From the NCBI RefSeq assembly GCF_006345805.1, contig NC_043009.1, forward strand, positions 34,410,001-34,474,000: a stretch of 64,000 nucleotides of DNA, in the 5' to 3' direction. The translations under genes and the position numbers were made by a program. Below are positions 50,620-64,000 of this stretch, in pieces. The stretch comes from Octopus sinensis (lineage: Eukaryota). Under the pieces are notes generated by a model. The model was given only the letters and a program-made list of their open reading frames with translations, was not told the origin of the DNA and did not search any database. The number at the start of each line of letters is the position of its first letter. Position 1 is the first letter of the stretch.

Positions 50620-51224
50620 ATGTGATTCTTGTTTCAGCTTATCAAACTTCAACCTTTGATGCTGATAAATTATTATTATTATTCCTGAACTTTATTTTTT
50701 ATACCTACCATGGACAGCTCAAAGCTAACAAACTCCTTACACTAAGATCCATGTTGTTGCTGAACCTCAAGTCAGCTCTCATCAAGCGGACCCTTTGGTC
50801 AAAAGCATTTCAGCTGTGGCTATCCTGTCTGATTTTCAGACACTGTCTATCAAGAAATACATTAATCACAAAGCTCTCTTTTTAAGGTAGTAAGATGAAT
50901 TTCTATTTCTAAGAGGTTACTAGTGAGTATATAGGATAGCAGTCAAGGTGTGTGAGTAGGTGTGTGTGTGTGTGTGTGTGTGGTGTGTGTGTGTGTGTGT
51001 GTGCGTGTGCATGTATGTGTCTGTTTATGTTTATACTCTGACTTAGCAGTTTGAGAATAAGAATCAATGAAATAAAGCACCATGTAAATAAAAATATCGG
51101 TGTTGATATAATCAATTCCTTGAAGGCAATGCCCCAGCATGGCTACGGTCCAATGAATAAAATTGACAAAATAATAGTATAAGAACACAAGACATAAACA
51201 CAAAATAAACAAAACCAAAACAAT

Positions 51225-51388
51225 GCACAGGAGTGGCTGTGTGGTAAGTAGCTTGCTAACCAACCACATGGTTCCGGGTTCAGTCCCACTGCATGGCATC
51301 TTGGGCAAGTGTCTTCTGCCAAAGCCCCGGGCCGACCAATGCCTTGTGAGTGGACTTGGTAGACGGAAACTGAAAGAAGCCTGTTGTA

Positions 51389-51435
<47 letters not shown>

Positions 51436-51643
51436 CTGTGTTTGTTCCCCTAGCATTGCTTGACAACCGATGCTGGTGTGTTTACGTCCCTATCACTTAG
51501 CGGTTCGGCAAAAGAGACCGATAGAATAAGTACTGGGCTTACAAAGAATAAGTCCCGGGGTCGATTTGCTCGACTAAAGGCGGTGCTCCAGCATGGCCGC
51601 AGTCAAATGACTGAAACAAGTAAAAGAGTAAAAGAGTAAAGAG
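51225..51643 (+). mobile_element. SINE family B
   Basis: Near-identical to 19053-19470. Confidence 0.85.
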
Positions 51644-51755
51644 TAGCAGACTATCAGGAGTCCTTTAACTCCATCTCTACCACTGGTGCCACTGAAATGG
51701 CTGGGGAAAGAACGAAGAAGGAAAAATTGCTACCTCTCTCTCTTTCTTTCTTTTT

Positions 51756-51797
<42 letters not shown>

Positions 51798-52494
51798 ACT
51801 TATATTACATGTATTGTTTGGTAAATAGTAATGTTTATTTGGAACATAGGATAGTCAAAAATTTCAGGAAGTAGAATTTTGATACACTTAGACATTTTAC
51901 ATGCACACACACAAACGGAATATGAGTTGAATGAAACCTTGTTTAGAACAAGCCAAAATATTCATGAATACACATACATGCACTCGCACACATTATATAT
52001 GAATATAATGTATATTTGCGATACAAACACATTTGATACCATACTTGGAAGTACTACTCATCTTTCATCTAGAACAACACTACTGTTACACACACACACA
52101 CACATACACACACACACACATGCATACACATCCTTGATTTCATTTGTAAATAGCCTAGATTTACACATCCATATAACCCAAAATAAATACATGAATTGTT
52201 TCTACTGCTACTACATCAGTCTCTGCTCCAGTGATGCAGCCACAGCCTGTAGTCACCTACTTCACCCACCCCCCTACACACACACAAAATACTCCCCTTT
52301 TTGTTATCCCTACTTTGTCTTCACAACAGATTCTTCACTAACCTTTTCCTTACTTGAATATTCTGCCCCAGAATCGTTTCCCCAGGAAATTATTTCATTC
52401 CCTTCATTTCATTTTTACAAATGACAATTTAGAGAAATGCAAAGTGAACTGAAAACATCTCACCAAAGGGTACTGTTTTTCTATCTCTCTTTTC

Positions 52495-53262
52495 GGATCT
52501 TTTCCTTTTGAACGGCAGTTTTCAACACAATTCCTAGTTAACTAAACACTTTTAAACTTCATATACTAGTAGAATGTGTCAAAATAAAACATTTTTTTCT
52601 CTTGGCTTTCTTGAGAAAATTGCAAATTTGTAAGTTTAACGTAGTTTAATTTTTCGAATTTTAACCAATCCTATGGCCTCTATTGAGCTAAAATCATTTG
52701 TTGCATCTGAAACTGAGACAATATCCTGTCACTAACCCTCACCCTCACCCTAAATTTTAGCCTTTCGTTTTTTTTTCTTGATTGTTAAATTAATTTAATT
52801 GTTACGCGTGTGTCTAAAATTATTTGTTTTGTTTTTGTTTTGAGTTTTTGCATTCATTTTAGCCTTTCGTTTTTTTTTTTTTCTTAATTGTTAAATTAAA
52901 ATTATTTTCCATTGCTTTCGTTTTAGCCTTTCATTTTTTTTTGTTTTTTTTCTGAATTGTTATCCTTAAATTAATTTAACAATTAAGAAAAAAAAAAACG
53001 AAAGGCTAAAATTTAGGGTTAGGGTTAGTGACAGGATGTTATCTATTTTAGACGCAGCAAATGATTTTAGCTCAATAGAGGCCATAGGATTGGTTAAAAT
53101 ACAAAAAATTAAACTACGTTAAACTTACAAATTACAATTTTCTCAAGAAAGCCAAGAGAAAAAAATGTTTTATTTTGACACATTCTACCAGTATACAAAG
53201 TTTAAAAGTGTTTAGTTAACTAGAAATTGTGTTGAAAATTGCCATTCAAAAGAAAAAGATCC
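52495..53262. mobile_element. Palindromic foldback MITE with GGATCTTT termini, related subfamily
   Basis: Long inverted arms and a perfect 8-bp TSD CTCTTTTC on both sides. Internal CTAACCCTCACCCTCACCCTAA and TTAGGGTTAGGGTTAG tracts. Confidence 0.9.
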
Positions 53263-54468
53263 CTCTTTTCTTCTGGAGAGAAGTAATAAATAAGTTTTAT
53301 AAAAATTCTTTAAATGAAGATTAATCTAATAGTGAAATACATCTTCCTGAAACAGACATTTAAAGAAAGATTATAAGCTCTCTAACACCATCCCCTCTAC
53401 CAACTAATTAATAATTATGTCAATAAGGAAGCCTCTGTGTGGAGGACCAATGGGGTAGAAATAGCAGCCACATTTCCTTCAAATCACAACCTACTGTTTT
53501 AAAAAAGAAAGAAAGACATAATAGAGAATTTAGCCCCGTATAACACTGTTTGAATATATGATAGGTTGGTCACAGATGGAATGACTTCCTTCATTACACT
53601 GTACTGATGGAACTGAACAAGCTTTAACAACAACAAATTGATAATTTCTAGCATAGCCATAATGTCACTGGTTTGTGAGGCTGGAAAGAGTAGCGCATTT
53701 AATTAATTAATTTTAATGAACTCCACAGTGCTTCAACAGGGACTGTTTTATTAACTCTAATTTAATGGAAGGTAAAGTTGTTAAGAGTGGAAAATGGACT
53801 TGAAATGTAAAGGCATGTGACTAATTACTGCAAAACATTTTGTCTGATGCTCTACCGATTATGTCATTCAACAGGCCTCGTTTGGCTAATTAAAGAAAAT
53901 TAAAATATAAAATACAAAAATATACACATACAACTTAAATTTCTATTTATATATTTTTCTCTTTTCATGATGATGGCACATATATACAACTACTGCTCAA
54001 AGTCAAGGGAAGGAGACAGTAACATACATACATGTGCACACACACACATATGACAGGATTGCTTCTGTTCCTTTCTAACAAATCTACTCACAGTTTTGGT
54101 TTGCAGGTTGGACAGAGGCTATAGTAGAAGATACTTGCCCAAGGTGCCATGCTGTGGGACTAAACCTGAAACCATGAGGTTGGAAAGCAAATTTCTTACC
54201 ATGACTATATATAATCTGAGCAATGATTTTTCCAACTACCACTTTTTCCAATGTCTTGAAGAACTCATAACACCAAAATATAGTAATACAAGGTAAAACT
54301 GCAACTTTGTTTTCTTCTCCAGTTTACTTTTTACCTTCTCACACTGCATTACACAATAAATCGCTGTAATACACACACACGCACATTTTATCTTTTACTT
54401 GTTTCAGTCATATTGACTGCATTTGCACTAAGTTCTAATGTTTTAGCCTGCTTCTGCTGTTTCTAGCA

Positions 54469-54776
54469 TGTGTTCATTGTTGTTCCTTCCCGAGCCATGC
54501 TTGGCTCATAAGGGCCGGTTTCCCGGTTTCCTTGGCATATAGGTTCCCCACCTGGACGGGACGCCGGTCCATCGCAGGTGAGCTGCATGATGCAGGAGGA
54601 AAGAGTGAAAGAAAGTTGTGGTGAAAGAGTCAGCAGAAGTTCACCATTACCTTCTGCCGGAGCCACGTGGAGCTTAGGTGTTTCGCTCATAAACACACAC
54701 ATCGCCCGGTCTGGAATTCGAACCCGCGATCCCTCGACCGCGAATCTGCTGCTCTAACCACTAGGCCATGTGCCTC
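54469..54776 (-). mobile_element. tRNA-derived SINE, family E
   Basis: The minus strand begins GAGGCACATGGCCTAGTGGTTAGAGC (A box) ... GGGTTCGAATTCC (B box), followed by a non-tRNA body. Confidence 0.82.
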
Positions 54777-54789
54777 AACATGTGATCAT

Positions 54790-54900
54790 TGCATTGACCA
54801 TGACAGAGAAAGTTGAGCAGAGAATCTGCATCAAATTTTGCCAAAAGCTTGGTGATACCTACTCAGAGGCTTACGCAAAGTTTTCAAAAAGACTTCATCG
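54790..54900 (+). mobile_element. mariner transposase 5' fragment
   Basis: MTEKVEQRICIKFCQKLGDTYSEAYAKF resembles the mariner N-terminal HTH start. Confidence 0.7.
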
Positions 54901-55142
54901 TTCTCAACACAATCAAGGAGATCTTGTGCAACTGAAACCTGGGTGTCTTTTTGATCAGCTGAAAGCAGTTTTGGCACAAACTTGGCAGACACATGTCAGG
55001 ATGGAATATGAAGGCAGCTAATACATAAGTAAGAGATTGAATATTTCCAACACAAGTATTATCTAATCAGTAAGAAATTAACATCTTCCCAAAAACCTGA
55101 TTTAATATTATAAGAAATGAACATCAAATGGTGCTTACTGAA

Positions 55143-56100
55143 TCAGTATTTCTTATGTAGTCCTTTGTTGTGAATCACGGGCATTGACAAGCACAATGTT
55201 TTGCACAAATCAGGAATTATCTCCATGGCCCTGACTATTTTGAGGGAATTTTTCAACTCAAATAGTGATGTCAGATTACAAGCAGCTACTTTCTGTTTCA
55301 GAATAACCCAACAATGCCTTATTGGGTTGAAATCCAGGGAGTTTCCCAACCACGGAGCCAAGATCTCATACCCACAATTGCTTAGCCACTGCTTTACTGC
55401 TTGTCTCATGGCATGGCATGCCATCATGCTGGAAGTGTGTACACTGCTTGATCTCCATAAATGGTGGGACTTTTGTTTGTAGAATTTCAAAGTAATTAGT
55501 TCCCTTGATAGTTGCACCCTCTGGCATAAACCATAGTCTGCATTTTCCACCAGCACAAATAGCTCCCCACACCATAACTTTTGGAGCATTTATAACACTT
55601 GGGATAATGTAATGAGGATTATCACTTCACTTAGGAAGTCATCTCACATGTCTACAAAATGTATAAAATTGTGATACCTGTGTTTCATCCAAAAACAACT
55701 CATTTCCATTGTTTAACTGATTTTTATACTTTTGGCAAAATGCCAAACAATCTGCAATATTTTTCAAGACTAACCTTTGTTTCCTTGAAGGTTTGTAGGA
55801 CTTAAGGCTGGCATCAAATAATTGTCCTTTCGCTAGAAACCTTGAGTAGCTTTGGAAGACTTTCTGGGTAACTTTTTGGCAGCTAGAATGATAGCATTGT
55901 CCATTTGTTTGGTGGTGGTTTCTAGGTGACCCATAGGCTTGTCAAATCCATATTTTTCAGTAGATGTCAAGTTGTTTATTGACCTTGAAACAGTTCTCTG
56001 TGCCAATTTCAATTTTACACCAATTTGTCGTGTGCTGTATCCTTCTTCATACAGAATTTTTATTTGAGCATGACTTTCCAGCAAAATTCTTCAACCAGGC
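55143..56100 (-). mobile_element. Degraded Tc1-like transposase
   Basis: Fragments: HTH region (QIKILYEEGYSTRQIGVKLK), MVWGAICAGG, FQHDGMPCH and WLGNSLDFNPIRHCW (WPxxSPDLNPIE motif). Confidence 0.88.
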
Positions 56101-56689
56101 ATTCTTTACAATGACAGGAAAATATCAACAAGAATGAGTTACCATGAAATATCTTAGTGATAGTTTATCAGAGATTGGATCAGTCAATCAGAGCATATCA
56201 ACCAAACAGGGCTCAGTAATCATGCAGAAAACACATAAGGAACAGATTTGAACAATTGACAACATAAAAAATAGCATCTTGTAAGAGCAGTATTTATAAC
56301 TGTGAATGTGTATGTGTGTGTATCAGTATAAAAAACCCCCAAAGAAATGCAAATGGGTGTATTACATTGATTTTGATCGCCTAACCAAATTACCAATAGC
56401 CTTTCCATGGTAATAATTAAAACACCATGTTGATTTGGAATAATTGGAGCATTCATTAGGACAGACCATTTTACTTGCTCCATTATTTTCACTTTGCCCT
56501 TTAAAATTCTTCCAGTCATTGACTGTAACCTAACACTGTGCCAGTTTCTGGCAATATTTAGTCTCTGATTGTTTTATTATTTCCACTTCAGTTTTAATTT
56601 TGGTCATATTCCTTTTCTTTGAGGTTTCAGCATCAGTTGCTTTGGCTACGAGAATGAGAAATCTTAGCTACAAATAACACCAATAACAC

Positions 56690-57310
56690 ATACAACAGAG
56701 TATTTTTGGGACTTTGCAGCAGCCACAAATTTGGTCTGTAACCCTCAGTAAGAACTTTCAGTTGTCCTCTAAGTTTTATGTTTCCAACTTCTCCTTTTAG
56801 TCAAAAGCTTCTATTAGAATATCTCTAAATTTTTGTCAGTTTACTGAGCCTTTGAGCTTCTATGACCTCCTTCACCTGACAGGCTTGTTTCTCAGAGTCC
56901 TTCTAACTCTAATGAAGTCACTAACCTATATTGGATTGTACATTCATGTGGGAAAGACTTTGCATCTATAAATACCTATCAATCTTATTTGTCTGGTGAG
57001 GATGTAATCAATCTGGCTTGTGTGTCCACTAGACTGATAGGTGATCAGATGGCTAGCTTTTTCCTGAAGTTAACGTTGCAGATCACCAGATCATTTACAT
57101 CACAGAATTCTGGGGCCTTGTTCACTACTCAGCGTTAGAGCCAAAACCACAACCTCCATGCACACCATGAAATCCATGAGAATGCAGCCCAACATGTTTA
57201 GTGAAGTCACCAGCCACAATAACCAAATCTCTGTCAATTGTTGTTGAGGTAGTCTACAGAATTAGTCCTTCTGATCATCTGTCAACCCAGACTATGAAGC
57301 ATAAGTAGAG
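56690..57310 (-). mobile_element. RTE-clade apurinic endonuclease fragment
   Basis: Degraded VIVAGDFTKHVG..FHGVHGGCGFG..EFCDVNDLVICNVNFRK..SQIDY motifs. Confidence 0.7.
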
Positions 57311-59286
57311 ATAATATATACATACATTATACATATATCCATACAAACTGATTGCTAGATAGATATTATTCTTCAGCAAGAATGTTGTTGGCAGTGACTT
57401 CGAAGTTTAAGCCAGCTAAGCCATCAGTGGACTGCTATGGATTAGAGTTACTCTTGCCTTTATATAGCCCCTGTTGAATTAAATTCTTCTTATTTAGGAA
57501 TAACAAATTTGTACTCTACATAAGTATACAGTAACCCATCGGGTTAATGTAAAATTGTTTTTATTATAACTGAATATAAAAACAAACATTAAAAAAGATA
57601 AATAGACTGACCGACACCAAGTATATGTAAGTATATATAATTTCACTTTACACAACTGTGAGTGGTACAAGATATTGGAATAAAATTACATCTAATTATA
57701 CTTGACTTCTTCCTCTGCTTCCTCCAAAATCAAGTATATCCACAATGTATGGAGTTACTTGTGACTAACACAGAGTGAGGTTAAAATATGTCCAACAATA
57801 GATTCCTTTCCTAGTTTAGCTCTGGAAAATTGTGTGTGTGTGTGTGTGTGTGTAAAAATATATGAGTATGTGCACATATATATTTGTAAGTGTGCATATA
57901 CACGAGTGAGAGAGGTGGAGGGAGGGAGGAGAGAGAAAGAGATGAAGTCAGATAAGAGAGATTTAATATCTGTAATTTGACCTCCCAACCAAACAAAAGG
58001 CAGTCAAGTAAATTGTGGAAGGTTTAATAATTGGATATTAGACAACAATAAATGAGACAATGGCGTGTTGGGAATGGGGTGAATATTAGACTGGAAGTGA
58101 GAAATTAAAAGTTGTGATCAGCAATAAAGGTCAAGAGAGAGGACTGGAGAGGAGAGGTCAGCTGGCAGTATATGTCCATTGCTATTTGACGGTTTAAGAT
58201 CAAAGTTGTCCCATCCTATCTTTTATTCAAGCATAAGTCTACCTAAGATTATATTATATCCAATGAGTCCTTCCTTTATATTTTGAAGGTAGTTGTGAGT
58301 TGAGGGATATTTGGCTTCAATTTCTAAGTTGCAGTTTTCCCTCAGCATCCAGGGGTTAGGATCTCAAGTTGTGTTTATTGTTAAACTCCAAGTCAACCCT
58401 AGTAGTAGACATGTCCTTATAGAGCTATAAAGGGTATATTATTCAATGTGTAGTTTACTTCTCAAAGTAGTACAGAGATTTGCTTGTTATTTCTAGCAGG
58501 ATAAAAGACTACATAGAGGCTTCTTCAGCTTAACATTATGATGAGTTATGTTGCTGATGTTGTTACTACTTGGTAACAGCCTTTATTGAGCAGATTTATG
58601 ATTAAAAGGGGTACAGCTGTGAGACCATTCCCTCTTTTACTCAGACAGACTAACCAAAACAACAGTTTAATGCATAATTTTTTTTCAAGATAGCAGGGTA
58701 CCATTTTTAACTGCTATTTCTAACAGGTTGAGCAACCACATAAAACATGGACTATAGAGGATGAAGTAAACTGCTTATGACTCTTTTCAGGGTCTTTGTG
58801 ACTAGTGGGATGAAGGGTGGATATTCCCTGGCGACTAGAGACATTATGATAGAGTGAACTCTGTTACTTCAAGGACGAGGGGTGTTAAATAATTGAAAGA
58901 GTTAAAGACCTTATAACAAAATGGGTTTTGCTAAAGATATCCAGGGGGTCACCCAAATTGGTTAACCATAGGAGGAAAAGTTTAATGTTTCAGATAGATG
59001 TGTGGCATGAATAAGTATAGAGAGGGAAGAATGAGCAGGAATTATTTATATTTGTCTATCATCTGCTTCAAACTGTGATACTGAAGCACCAACACAGTTC
59101 CCATTTCTACCCTAACAGGGTACTCTTAACTCTATGGGTTACATCTAACATTTTTTTCAGTAACATCCTGAAAGATGAAGCCATTTGGCAGACTGAACTT
59201 TTAGAAATTTTATAGAAAAGGAGACTCTTCTTGATGAGTTATATATGTCCATTAATTGACACATCACTTACATGTGCATAGGATTG

Positions 59287-59620
59287 TGAAGGCGCATGGC
59301 TCAGTGGTTAGAGCGTCGAGCTTACAATCATGAGGTTGTGAGTTCCAATCCCGGACCGGGCTGCGTGTTGTGTTCTTGAGCAAGACACTTTATTTCACAT
59401 TGCTCCAATTCACTCAGCTGTAGAAATGAGCTGCGACATCACAGGTACCAAGCTGTATTGGCCGTTGCCTTTCCCTTGGATAACACTGGTGGTCTGGAGA
59501 GGGAAGGCCGGTATGCATGGGTGACTGCTGGTCTTCCAAAAACAACCTTGCCCGGACTTGTACCTGGGAAGGTAACTTTCTAGGTGCAATCCCACGGTCA
59601 GTCATGACTGAAGGGAGTCT
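59287..59620 (+). mobile_element. tRNA-derived SINE, family A
   Basis: Same head and body. Confidence 0.88.
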
Positions 59621-59635
59621 CAGTATTATTACAAT

Positions 59636-60585
59636 TATTACTGAGTGAGAGAGCAAGGCAATGCTATCAAAGTGACACTGGTGTACGAATATATGAAGCC
59701 CAATGTACCTGTCATCATTACCCATCTGATAAAGGTATACTAAGCACATGTGTCACATCCATATGTGTGCAACATGGTGATCTCATATCAAGATCAACAG
59801 TGCATCACCTTGCAGGTGGGACCCAGTTAGAATTTTCTTAAGGGTGGGTAGCCCATCCCATTCAAATGGTCCCTGAATAAGGTTTGTTTAAGGATGATAA
59901 AGAAAACACTCATGTTTCCAGAAGTGAATTATTCAAACCCCAAAGAATTCCTCTCCACTCATGACTATGATGCTCCCCTACTACTGTTTGTGATCAGAGG
60001 TACACATTTTGTAAGCCACTAAGAGAGATGCTTAATTGGTTAATTTCAAGCAACTGACAAGCAAATATGAGGTATTTTTACTGTAGCCCATCTTTTATTT
60101 TAAGACATGTACATGATAACACTTCTATTATTATTATTGAGTGAGAGAGCAGTGCATGCCTTCCAAGTGACACTGGGGTAAAATATACGAAGCCCAGTAC
60201 ATCCATCATAACTACCCGTCTGATAAGGGTACACCAGGCACATGCATCACAACCATATGTGCATGACATAGTGATCTCATATTAAGATAACCAATACATG
60301 ACCTTGCAGGTGGGAGCGTAGTTGGAGTTTTCTTCAGGCCAAATAGTCCATCCTGCTCAAAAGGTCCCTGAATAAGGGTTGCTTGTTGAATGAAACACCC
60401 ATGTTTCCAGAGGTGAATAATTCAAACCCCAAAGAATTCCTTTCAACACATGGTGATGATGCTCCTCCACTACTTCTGTTTGTTATCAGAGATGCACATA
60501 TTGTCAGCCATTAAGGGACATGCTCAACTGGTTATGGTCAAACAACTGGCAAGTAAATCTGTGGTATTGAGCAGAATATTTGCTG
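59636..60585. repeat. Two diverged direct copies (~440 bp) of an interspersed repeat
   Basis: 59636-60075 and 60133-60585 align throughout (GAGTGAGAGAGCA...CAACTGACAAGCAAAT). Confidence 0.85.
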
Positions 60586-61017
60586 TAGCTCATCCTTTAC
60601 ACCAAGAGAAAACATGCACATAATATTATTACTATTATAACTAACTGATTCCTCTTCTATCCCTTGTTCTTGTTCTCCAGAGTTCATCCACTCTGTTTCA
60701 TTTTTTTCCCTCATGCACAATGACCAAATACGTAGCAGAGTGCATTCTGTGTGGTTGCCAGTTTAGTTGCCAATGGCCTGACTGTTGCGATTATTATCAT
60801 TAAGATGGTGAACTGGTAGAAATCTTTAGCATGCCAGGCAAAATACATAGAATTTTGTCCGTCTTTACAGTCTGAGTTTAAATTTACCTCTAAACATCCT
60901 TTTGGGGGTTGATAAAATAAGTACTTTTTGCACATGAAAGTTAATGTAACTGACTTAGCTCCTTCTCCCAAAATTTCAAGACTTGTGCCTATAGTAGAAA
61001 GGCTTATTATTTTCACC

Positions 61018-61049
<32 letters not shown>

Positions 61050-62639
61050 TACCATCATTATTGTTGTTGTAGCAAGTTGACAAAATCCTTAGCCCACTGG
61101 AGAAAATGTTTACCAGCATTTCTATTTCTTTACAACCCACAAGGGGCTAGACACAGAGAGGACAAACAGATTAAGTCAATCATATTGACCCCAGAGCGTA
61201 ACTGGTACTTGTTTAATCGACCCCGAAAGGATGAAAGACAAAGTCGACCTTGGCATTTCATCTGTCTCTTTGTTCTGAATTCAAATTCTGATGAGGTTAA
61301 CTTTGCCTATCTTCCTTTTGGGGTCACTAAATTAAGTACTATTCAAGCACTGGGGTTGATATAATCAACTATTTCTGCCCCATAATATCAGGCCTTGTGC
61401 TTATATTAGAAGGGATTATTATTATCAATAATAATAATAGGTGCAAGCATGGTGTATGGTTAAAAAGTTCTCTTCACAATTGTCTTTGGGTTCAGTCTCA
61501 CAGTATGGAACCTTAAGTAAGAGTTTCTGCAATAGCTTCGGGGGTGACAAATGCCTTGTGAGTGAATTTTGTAAGTGGGAATTGTGTGTGTGTGTGTGTG
61601 TGAGTGCACACACACACAGACATGATATTCCATGCTCATGACCATTTTAGCAAAATGGTGTTGATGTCAACATTCCTTGTTGACACCATGAGGTTGTTGT
61701 ATGCTTTTGAAAACTTTTGGAATAAAAAAGTCTCTTACTTAAAAAAAAAGGGTTGACTGTAAAATCGTGATGAAACGTCGCCATAAATTAGTACTGGCTG
61801 TAATATCTTACAGAACATCTGTAGAGATATAACCATAACATGTAAATAAACAAGTAGATATGAAAAATTAGTAGATTGAAAAGTAAACCAGTGACATTTG
61901 GGTTACATTGTTGATTAAGAGGAAAAAAATCTGCATGATATATTTTGTTTGTTTTATAAATATGAAATTAGAGAAGAGTTAACATAGTAGACTACTTTTA
62001 AACTACCAAGTACATTTAACCTAATGCTAAATACCAACTACACTTAAACTAATGTTAAATACCAAATACACTTAAACTACTGTTAAAACTATTGTATTCA
62101 CTTAGACTACTGTTAATTAACTATCATGTACAGTCAGTCTTTTAGTCTTTCATTGGTTTATGTTATTGGGCAATGACTATGCTGAGGCACTACTCTTAAG
62201 GATATATTGTGTCAATTCCATTGGCACCGTAGCTTCTTACTTCAGTGTGGAATATATTTTAACAACTTCTATTTGTCAAAGCACTAAGTTTATAAGGCAT
62301 AAAAAGAAGGACAATATAACCAATGCTGGTCTTTAGTCCAATCAAAACACACCCAAACACATATGTCAGGCTTTTGCAAAGCTTCCATCTAAATACCATT
62401 TATATATTTTCTATTTTTATCTTTTATCTGTTTCAGTCATTAGAATACAGCTAGGCTGGAGCACCACCGAGAAAATATTTTACCCAAATAAATTAACCCC
62501 TGTACTTATTTTTTTAAAGCCTGGTACTTATTCTATCAATATATTTTGCTGAACCACTAAGTTACAGGAATGTAAACAAACCAACAGTGGTTGTCAAGAG
62601 GGGGTAGACAAACACAGATATGTACGCACACGTGTGCGT

Positions 62640-63125
62640 ACACACATAAGGATAGGTTAGGCGAAGTTCAGAGAGCTTCTATCTTTGCTGGTAACTAAGG
62701 GCCTCTCCCTCAGAGTGAAAGACAGATTGTATGATGCCTGTGTTCATATATGGTAGTGAAACATGGGCTTTGTGTGAAGGCTTGAAAGAAATGAAGCTAA
62801 CAAGCTTTGTTGGATTGGTAATGTTAGTGTCCATGCACAACAGTGTGTAAATAATTTAAGAGGAAAACTGGGCATCAGATGTTGTGTGCAAGAGAGAAGA
62901 CAGCACTGGGATGGTCATGCGATGCATATGGATGAGGACAGTAGCATAAAGAAGAGCTGATCTTTAATTGCGGAAAGAACCTGTGGAAGGGGTAGACACA
63001 GAAAGACGTGGGACAAGGTGGTGAGAAAGGATCTTTGGTCACTGGGCCTCACTGAGGAGACGACAAGGGACCAGGAGTTGTGGTGATTTACTGTACTTGA
63101 GAAGATGTGCCAAGCTAAGTAAAAT
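62640..63125 (+). mobile_element. RTE-clade LINE 3' fragment
   Basis: Degraded KGLSLRVKDRLYDAC..YGSETW, RRQHWDGH and CGRGRHRKTWDKVV motifs typical of the RTE C-terminus. Confidence 0.75.
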
Positions 63126-63639
63126 CATTGTCATCCATTCATATAAGCTTGTCCTTTGCAGGTGCTGGTTCCACATTAAATGCACTTCTGCTGGTGCTGC
63201 ACACAACACTCTGTAAAGTGGTTGGTGTTAAAGAAGAGTATCCTGCCATAGAAACATGTCATAACAGACAATTGGAGTCTGGACAGCTCTGCAGCTGGCC
63301 AGACACCATGTCAAACCGTCCAATCCATGCCAACATGGAAAACAGACGTTAAACAACGATGATGATAAATATATAGTGGTTTCTTTCAGTTTCTATCTAC
63401 CAAATCCACTCACAAGGTTTTGTTCAGCTTGAGGCTATAATAAAAGATACTTGGTCACAATGCCACACAGTGGGATTGAACCCAGAACCATGTGGTTGGG
63501 AAGCAAGCTTCTTACAACACTGTCATGCCTGCACCTTATTTATTATTCATTTTTTTTTTTGCAACTATACTATTAAGCTAGAAAGGGTCCTTAGGCAAGG
63601 CACTTTACATACTATTGCTTCAGTCTACTCAGATGACAA

Positions 63640-64000
63640 AAAAGCATTAAAATTTACAGACCTTGCTCTAATTGGTGAGTCACTATCAGAACTAGAGGAA
63701 AAGTTTCAGGTGTGGAAACAAGGATTAGAATTGAAGGGCCTTAGAGGCAACCTAGCTAAGACCAAAGTCCTAACAAGTAGGAAGGCAGGCAAATCACAAA
63801 TCCCTTCAGGTAGATGGCCCTGCTCAATCTGTAGAAAAGGCATAGGTAGAAACTCTATAAGATGTACCCAGTGTAAGCTATGGACACATAAGAGGTGCAG
63901 CAATATCAAAGGAAGGCTAACTGGGAGGATAGTTTTTGTACATGACAGATGCTCAGGAGCAATAAATAACACTGAAAATGTGCAGAGAACAACTTCTGCC
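63640..64000 (+). mobile_element. RTE-clade LINE ORF2 fragment with PHD-like finger, running off the window end
   Basis: Reads LELKGLRGNLAKTKVL...WPCSICRKGIGRNSIRCTQCKLWTHKRCSNIKGRL. Confidence 0.88.

Noticed and set aside
53015-53030. Interstitial telomere or chromosome fusion site
   Set aside because: Only 2-3 units, and they are internal to a MITE with a TSD.

Overview
AT-rich, repeat-dense eukaryotic DNA. The SINE/RTE/Helitron repertoire, TTAGGG motifs and microsatellite load look like Octopus; this is inferred from recognition, not a search. The only host protein-coding sequence I can support is two minus-strand exons (23552-23406 and 16299-16201). They splice in phase 0 into the N-terminal PH domain of a Tec/Btk29A-family tyrosine kinase. 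The remaining exons were not found and probably lie beyond position 1, so most of the window is intron or upstream sequence of this gene. The rest is a mosaic of tRNA-derived SINEs, RTE, R2/HERO-like and Penelope retroelement fossils, a full-length dead mariner, a Tc1 remnant, piggyBac and 8-bp-TSD MITEs, Helitrons, microsatellites, and a 4.6-kb array of a 65-bp satellite. The most interesting observations are: higher-order structure in the satellite; an RTE copy with a precise 5' inversion resembling twin priming; fossil minimal hammerhead ribozymes in Penelope debris; and an orphan antisense exon next to a hairpin cluster. I found no clearly novel multi-gene system. Repeat boundaries are approximate unless TIR/TSD evidence is cited.
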